Assembly: GCA_005779395.1 (NCBI GenBank)
Contig: SXJP01000040.1
Coordinates: 16,970 to 80,969 of the forward strand
Source of the DNA: Actinomycetota bacterium
GTDB lineage: Bacteria > Actinomycetota > Acidimicrobiia > IMCC26256 > PALSA-610
Direction: 5' to 3'
DNA: 64,000 nucleotides
Shown here: positions 58,861 through 64,000 of the stretch, one piece after another
Layout: each line of letters opens with the position of its first letter
How positions within the stretch are numbered: position 1 is the first letter of the stretch
Notes under the pieces: generated by a model
Database searches by the model: none
The model's input: the letters and a program-made list of their open reading frames with translations, nothing else
What the model was told of the DNA's origin: nothing
Position numbers and translations under genes: made by a program

Positions 58861-59039
58861 AGATCCCCCCCTTTGTTCCAGCCCAAGATCTGAAGGATCG
58901 AGATTCGCAGAAATTTGTGCCAAATGCAACTGATTCCTCCGCAAGAGCCCAATATTTTCGTGGAAAACTTGGCGTCCGCGCTTCATCTCAGGCATTATGG
59001 AGCCACAACGACATCATTCGAACGAGGGAGATCACACAG

Positions 59040-60461
59040 ATGGGCACAGACAACTTCATCGGCGGCAAGTTTTCTCCGGCTGGTTCGGGCAAGACCGACG
59101 AGGTCATCAACCCAGCCACAGGCGAGGTCATTGCCAAGGTAGCTAGCTCTGACTCGATCGACGTCGACGCAGCAGTAGCCGCCGCGAGCGATGCCTTCGG
59201 TGAATGGTCGGCAAAGACTCCTCGTGAGCGATCCGAGGCCATGTTCGCTTTAGCAAAGATCATCGAAGACAACGTCGATGAACTATCCGAAATCGAGATG
59301 CGCAACGTCGGCAAACCAAAACAGATCATCGGCATCGAGATGGACCTTTCTGCAGACAACCTGCGCTTTTTCGGTGGCGCCGCCCGCAACATGGAGGGCA
59401 AAGCAGCGGGCGAATACCTCGCTGACCACACCAGCTACATCCGGCGCGACCCGCTCGGCGTAGTCGCAGGTATTGCACCATGGAACTATCCCCTCAACAT
59501 GGCCGTCTGGAAGTTCGGTCCCGCTCTCGCTACTGGCAACACGATCGTCCTGAAACCATCAGAGTTAACGCCACTGTCGCTGTTGCGTTTCGCTGAGCTC
59601 GCATCAGAGGTTCTTCCGCCAGGAGTTCTCAACGTGGTCTGCGGACAGGGCGAGACTGCCGGCGACGCAATCGTCCGCCACAAAGACATTCGTCTTGTGT
59701 CGCTCACCGGCGACGTCAACACCGGCAAGCTGATCGCCCGCAACGCCGCCGACACCCTGAAGCGCGTTCACCTAGAACTCGGCGGCAAAGCACCGGTGAT
59801 TGTCTTCGATGATGCCGATATCGAAACGCTCGTGACAGCTCTCGCCGAAGGTGCCTACTACAACTCTGGTCAGGACTGCACGGCGCCGTGTCGGGTGATC
59901 GCAGGCGCCAAAGCATTCGAGAAACTCGTGCCAGCGCTCACAGACGCCGTTGGCGCAATCGCAATGGGCGACCCGTTCGACGAGAACACAGCAATGGGAC
60001 CAGTCATCTCGAAGGACCAACAAGATCGTGTAGCAGGAATGGTTTCACGCGCTGCCGAAAGCGGTGCCGAAGTCACGGTCGGCGGAAACACCGGTGCTGG
60101 CGCTGGGTTCTTCTATCAGCCAACCGTTGTCGTGAACCCTGCGCAGAACTCAGAGATCGTGCAACGCGAAGTCTTTGGTCCGGTCGTGTCTGTCCAACGC
60201 TTCAACGACGAAGCCCAGGCGCTGCAGTGGGCCAACGGCGTTGACTACGGCCTGTCCGCGTCGGTATGGACGAGCGACGTCGGGCGTGCGATGCGCATGA
60301 GCAAGGCACTCGAATTCGGGTGTGTGTGGGTCAACCAGCACATCATGATCACTAGCGAAATGCCGCACGGCGGGTTCAAGCAGAGCGGCTACGGCAAGGA
60401 CATGTCCTCGTACGCGCTCGAGCACTACACCGAAGCCAAGCACGTAATGATCAAGCACTGA
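59040..60461 (+). CDS. Gamma-aminobutyraldehyde dehydrogenase
   Basis: PWNYPL, KPSELTP, LELGGKAP, NSGQDCTA, EMPHGGFKQSGYGKDMS. Confidence 0.88.
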   Translation: MGTDNFIGGKFSPAGSGKTDEVINPATGEVIAKVASSDSIDVDAAVAAASDAFGEWSAKTPRERSEAMFALAKIIEDNVDELSEIEMRNVGKPKQIIGIEMDLSADNLRFFGGAARNMEGKAAGEYLADHTSYIRRDPLGVVAGIAPWNYPLNMAVWKFGPALATGNTIVLKPSELTPLSLLRFAELASEVLPPGVLNVVCGQGETAGDAIVRHKDIRLVSLTGDVNTGKLIARNAADTLKRVHLELGGKAPVIVFDDADIETLVTALAEGAYYNSGQDCTAPCRVIAGAKAFEKLVPALTDAVGAIAMGDPFDENTAMGPVISKDQQDRVAGMVSRAAESGAEVTVGGNTGAGAGFFYQPTVVVNPAQNSEIVQREVFGPVVSVQRFNDEAQALQWANGVDYGLSASVWTSDVGRAMRMSKALEFGCVWVNQHIMITSEMPHGGFKQSGYGKDMSSYALEHYTEAKHVMIKH

Positions 60462-60511
60462 ATCAACACCAGTATCACCCTCTGTAACACAACTACAAAC
60501 AGGAACTAGTC

Positions 60512-61873
60512 ATGACAGACATACAACGCATCAACGCTCGCGCAGCCGAGATCGCAACGACCGAAACCGCTCGTCTCATCGAGCGCACCCCGCAGTCCAA
60601 GGTTTGGTATGAGCGCGCGCTCAAGTCCATGCCGATGGGCGTTGGCTCATCCTTCCAAGAGGGTGACCCTTACCCGATCTACTTGAGTCACGGTAAGGGC
60701 TCGCGCGTGTTCGATGTCGATGGCTCCGAATACATCGATACGCACGGCGGTTTCGGTTGCATGGTTTACGGACATGCCCACCCGAAGATTGCAGAAGCAA
60801 TCGCTCGCGCAGCGTCACGCGGCACGCACTTTGCTGCTCCGACTCCCGACGCTGTCTTGTTGGCCGAAGAAATCTGTTCGCGATACGACATGGACCAAGT
60901 GCGGTTCTGTAACTCTGGGACCGAAGCAACGATGAACGCGATTCGTATCGCACGCGCCCACACTGGCCGCGACCACATCATCAAAGCCGAGGGCTCCTAC
61001 CACGGTCACCACGACCCGGTGATGTTCTCGGTCGTCCCGAATGCCGACGTCATGGGTGGCCGCGAAATGCCAGCAAGCACCCCGATGTCGCTCGGTACTC
61101 CAAAATGGCTTGCGGATTACACCCACGTTGTGCCCTTCAACGATCTCGTAGTTCTCGATGCATTGCTCGAAGAACGTGGTGGCGAGATCGCCTGCATGAT
61201 CCTCGAACCCGTGATGATGAACATCGGGATCGCGCAACCACAGCCGGGCTACTTGCAGGGTCTCAAGGATCTGCTGCATAAGCACGGCGTTGTACTCATC
61301 TTCGACGAAGTCAAGACCGGTACAGCTATCGCGCGCGGTGGCGCAGGGGACCTGTATGGAGTTCGTCCCGACCTCACTTGTGTCGCGAAAGCGACGTTCG
61401 GTGGTACTCCTGGCGCTGCGTTCGGCGGTACCGCAGAGATCATGAGCGCAATCGGACGTGGCGCGGCGCAACAAGGAACGTTCAACGGTAACCCGCTAGT
61501 TGCTGCTGCAGGCCTCGCGGCACTGACGGAGGTCCTCACTGCCGATGCCTACGAGTATCTCGCAACGCTCGGTACGCGCCTTGCTTCTGGCTGCCAAACG
61601 GCTATCGATTCGAACGGGATTCCTGCGCACACAGTCGACCTTGGCGCTAAAGGCTGCGTGTCGTATCGGCCGACTCCTCTCACCAACTACCGCGATTTCC
61701 TCGACACGAACCTTGACTTGTATGCGGCTTCATACCCATGGATGGTGAATCGCGGGATCTTTATGACCCCAGGCGATGAAGAGCAGTGGACAATTTCGGT
61801 GCAGCACACAGATACCGACATCGACAACTACATCGCGGCTTTCAGCGAACTCTGCGCAGCGTTGGCTAGCTAA
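60512..61873 (+). CDS. Class III PLP aminotransferase, HemL/GSA-like paralog
   Basis: NSGTEA, EGSYHGH, EPVMMN, FDEVKTG, AK, GTFNGNP. Confidence 0.88.
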   Translation: MTDIQRINARAAEIATTETARLIERTPQSKVWYERALKSMPMGVGSSFQEGDPYPIYLSHGKGSRVFDVDGSEYIDTHGGFGCMVYGHAHPKIAEAIARAASRGTHFAAPTPDAVLLAEEICSRYDMDQVRFCNSGTEATMNAIRIARAHTGRDHIIKAEGSYHGHHDPVMFSVVPNADVMGGREMPASTPMSLGTPKWLADYTHVVPFNDLVVLDALLEERGGEIACMILEPVMMNIGIAQPQPGYLQGLKDLLHKHGVVLIFDEVKTGTAIARGGAGDLYGVRPDLTCVAKATFGGTPGAAFGGTAEIMSAIGRGAAQQGTFNGNPLVAAAGLAALTEVLTADAYEYLATLGTRLASGCQTAIDSNGIPAHTVDLGAKGCVSYRPTPLTNYRDFLDTNLDLYAASYPWMVNRGIFMTPGDEEQWTISVQHTDTDIDNYIAAFSELCAALAS

Positions 61874-61883
61874 GGACCTGTAA

Positions 61884-62372
61884 TTGTCTATTCGCACCGG
61901 TGGTACAAGACGTAGCGAACCACCGGTACAGCTAGATGACGCCGACAAGAAGATCGTTGAACTTCTGCAGCGCGATGGTCGACTGCCGTACACGCGGCTA
62001 GCGCAAGATGTTGGGCTATCCGAGGCGGCAATTCGCCAACGCGTTCAACGCTTGATCGATAGCAACGTGATGCAGATCGTCGCTGTGACCGATCCGCTAC
62101 GACTCGGCTTTCGCCGCCAAGCAATGGTCGGCGTGAAAACAGAAGGTGACATCACGGTCGTCGCAGACGCCCTCGCAGCAATACCTGAGGTCGACTACGT
62201 CGTATTCACCTCCGGCAGCTTCGACCTCTTGTTCGAAATCGTGTGCGAAGACGATGAACACCTGCTCGAACTGCTGAACGACAAAGTCAGAACAATTGGC
62301 GGGGTAAGGGGTGCAGAAACCTTCGTTTACCTCCGACTTCACAAACAGACCTATACGTGGGGCGCTAGATGA
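61884..62372 (+). CDS. Lrp/AsnC family regulator
   Basis: LQRDGRLPY..VGLSEAAIRQRVQRL, VAVTDP, GSFDL. Confidence 0.92.
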   Translation: MSIRTGGTRRSEPPVQLDDADKKIVELLQRDGRLPYTRLAQDVGLSEAAIRQRVQRLIDSNVMQIVAVTDPLRLGFRRQAMVGVKTEGDITVVADALAAIPEVDYVVFTSGSFDLLFEIVCEDDEHLLELLNDKVRTIGGVRGAETFVYLRLHKQTYTWGAR

Positions 62373-62382
62373 GGAGAACTCA

Positions 62383-63492
62383 ATGAGAGTCGGTATCCCT
62401 AAGGAGACCAAGCTTGATGAATACCGGGTAGCGATAACACCCGACGGTGTCCATGAACTCGTCAAGCACGGAGTCACGGTGAACGTCGAGGTCGGTGCAG
62501 GAGTCGGAAGCTCCATTTCTAATACCGACTACATGGCTGCTGGGGCCGAGATGGTGGAATCTGCGGCAGAAGCATGGGCTGCTGATCTCGTCTTGAAGGT
62601 CAAGGAGCCTCAGGAATCTGAGTTCAAGTACCTGCGCGCTGATCAAACTCTGTTCACCTATCTGCACTTGGCTGCATATCCGAAGGTCGCTAATGCGCTC
62701 CTAGCGGCTGGCACAACTTCGATCGCGTATGAGACGGTGCAACTGCCCGATGGCTCTCTTCCGTTGCTCGCTCCGATGAGTGAAGTTGCTGGACGCATGG
62801 CAACGCAAGTCGGCGCTCACTTCTTAGAACGCCGACACGGCGGACGCGGCATTCTGTTAGGTGGCGCGCCAGGAGTTCGGCCAGCGCGTGTCGTGGTCAT
62901 TGGCGCTGGAAATGTCGGTTGGAACTCTGCTTGGATTGCAGCTGGCATGCAAGCCGAGGTAGTACTCATCGACAAGAGCCTCGACCGACTTCGGTGGGTC
63001 GACCAGATTCATCAAGGTCGCATCGTCACGCTCGCGTCTAATTCTGCTTCGGTTGCGCGCGCCGTAGCTGACGCTGATCTCGTTGTTGGCGCGGTCCTAG
63101 TTGCTGGCGATCGCGCTCCGAAGGTCGTAACAGACGAGATGATCCGGGCGATGAAACCGCGCGCTGTGATCGTTGACGTAGCCATCGACCAAGGTGGTTG
63201 TGTAGAGGGAATTCGCGAGACAACGCATCGCGAACCAACATTTGAAAAACACAATGTCCTGCACTACGCGGTCGGCAACATGCCAGGTGCCGTTCCTCAT
63301 ACATCTACCTACGCGCTCACGAACGTGACCTTGCCTTATGTAGTCGATCTCGCTACAGAAGAAATCGGTGCGGTCCTACGTAGGCATCCGGAACTCGTCC
63401 ACGGCATCAACACAAGTCGCGGGCATATGACAAACAAAGTCGTCGCCGACGCGATTGGAATGCCATCAATACATTTCTCAGACTCTGTTTGA
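62383..63492 (+). CDS. ald: Alanine dehydrogenase
   Basis: GIPKETK..EYRVA, KVKEP, FTYLHLAA, PMSEVAGR, DVAIDQGGC, NMPGAVP. Confidence 0.95.
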   Translation: MRVGIPKETKLDEYRVAITPDGVHELVKHGVTVNVEVGAGVGSSISNTDYMAAGAEMVESAAEAWAADLVLKVKEPQESEFKYLRADQTLFTYLHLAAYPKVANALLAAGTTSIAYETVQLPDGSLPLLAPMSEVAGRMATQVGAHFLERRHGGRGILLGGAPGVRPARVVVIGAGNVGWNSAWIAAGMQAEVVLIDKSLDRLRWVDQIHQGRIVTLASNSASVARAVADADLVVGAVLVAGDRAPKVVTDEMIRAMKPRAVIVDVAIDQGGCVEGIRETTHREPTFEKHNVLHYAVGNMPGAVPHTSTYALTNVTLPYVVDLATEEIGAVLRRHPELVHGINTSRGHMTNKVVADAIGMPSIHFSDSV

Positions 63493-63494
63493 GG

Positions 63495-63734
63495 CTAATT
63501 GTCAGCCTTTTTAGGCACTTCAGGCAGAGTCGCGTTCGCTAGCTCTCGAGATGCCTTAGCTGCTGCAAGGTTGGCTTGTTGCAGGCTCGCGAAGACTTCC
63601 TCGCGGTGAACATCTACCGAACGCGGTGCTTTAATTCCGATGCGAACTTGATCTCCGCGCACCTCAAGAACAGTGATGACGATGTCGTGACCGATCATGA
63701 TGCTCTGGTTCGCACGTCTCGTTAGTACGAGCAC
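63495..63734 (-). CDS. csrA: Carbon storage regulator CsrA
   Basis: MLVLTRR..QSIMIG.DI.ITVLEVRGDQVRIGIKAP..V.VHREE; GGAGG RBS. Confidence 0.95.
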   Translation of the reverse strand: MLVLTRRANQSIMIGHDIVITVLEVRGDQVRIGIKAPRSVDVHREEVFASLQQANLAAAKASRELANATLPEVPKKADN

Positions 63735-63836
63735 GGGTCCTCCCTCCTTGGTGGCCGCCGCGTCGCGCGGATGGCAATCGCGAGCATAGAAGCTACGCGT
63801 GGGTTTGATGTAGAAAAAGCAAAGTTAGATTTTGGG

Positions 63837-64000
63837 TCACTGCTGTTGCGTCAATCGCGCACGCACGTCGTAGCCGGACGATGTCAACACGGCCTGGCAT
63901 GCTTCATGATTGGTTTTGTTGATCACTATCGGTCCGAGCAAATTGATTGTCGCGTCTTCGGCCTTATCGCTAAGCGTGACGACGCACACGACGATCGCAT
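63837..64000 (-). CDS. fliW: Flagellar assembly factor FliW (C-terminal part)
   Basis: Manual translation ..VVTLSDKAEDATINLLGPIVIN..ACQAVL..GYDVR; directly upstream of csrA. Confidence 0.8.
   Translation of the reverse strand, partial: AIVVCVVTLSDKAEDATINLLGPIVINKTNHEACQAVLTSSGYDVRARLTQQQ

Noticed and set aside
1-64000. CRISPR arrays, IS elements, rRNA/tRNA or defence systems
   Set aside because: No regularly spaced repeats, transposase motifs or stable-RNA signatures seen by eye.

Overview
High-GC actinobacterial chromosome segment; gene content and order suggest class Acidimicrobiia (inference). It is almost entirely core genome, and I saw no mobile elements, CRISPR arrays, rRNA or tRNA. 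From left to right: (1) the start of a second complex I cluster (nuoA-B-C-D, running off the left edge), a patatin, a complete nuoA-N operon and menJ; (2) a divergent 8-gene operon for a split cytochrome b6-type Rieske/cytb complex with its own 2[4Fe-4S] ferredoxin and three unknown membrane subunits, one an unannotated 55-aa ORF; (3) rex-sirC-hemA-hemC-cobA/hemD-hemB-hemL; (4) the mshA-ybjN-proC region, where two unannotated structured intergenic RNAs flank proC/HTH/DUF62/a 28-aa microprotein; (5) rsiG-like, M23 peptidase, MoaD, LON-N, SET-domain, map, znuCB, SDR and Rpf-like genes; (6) a polyamine uptake and catabolism island whose transporter operon is translationally coupled to an atypical GT1 glycosyltransferase, a cupin and an amidohydrolase; (7) csrA and partial fliW. 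Best novelty candidates: the polyamine-glycosyltransferase system, the ferredoxin-linked b6c complex and the two putative sRNAs. All calls come from motif recognition by eye; no searches were run.
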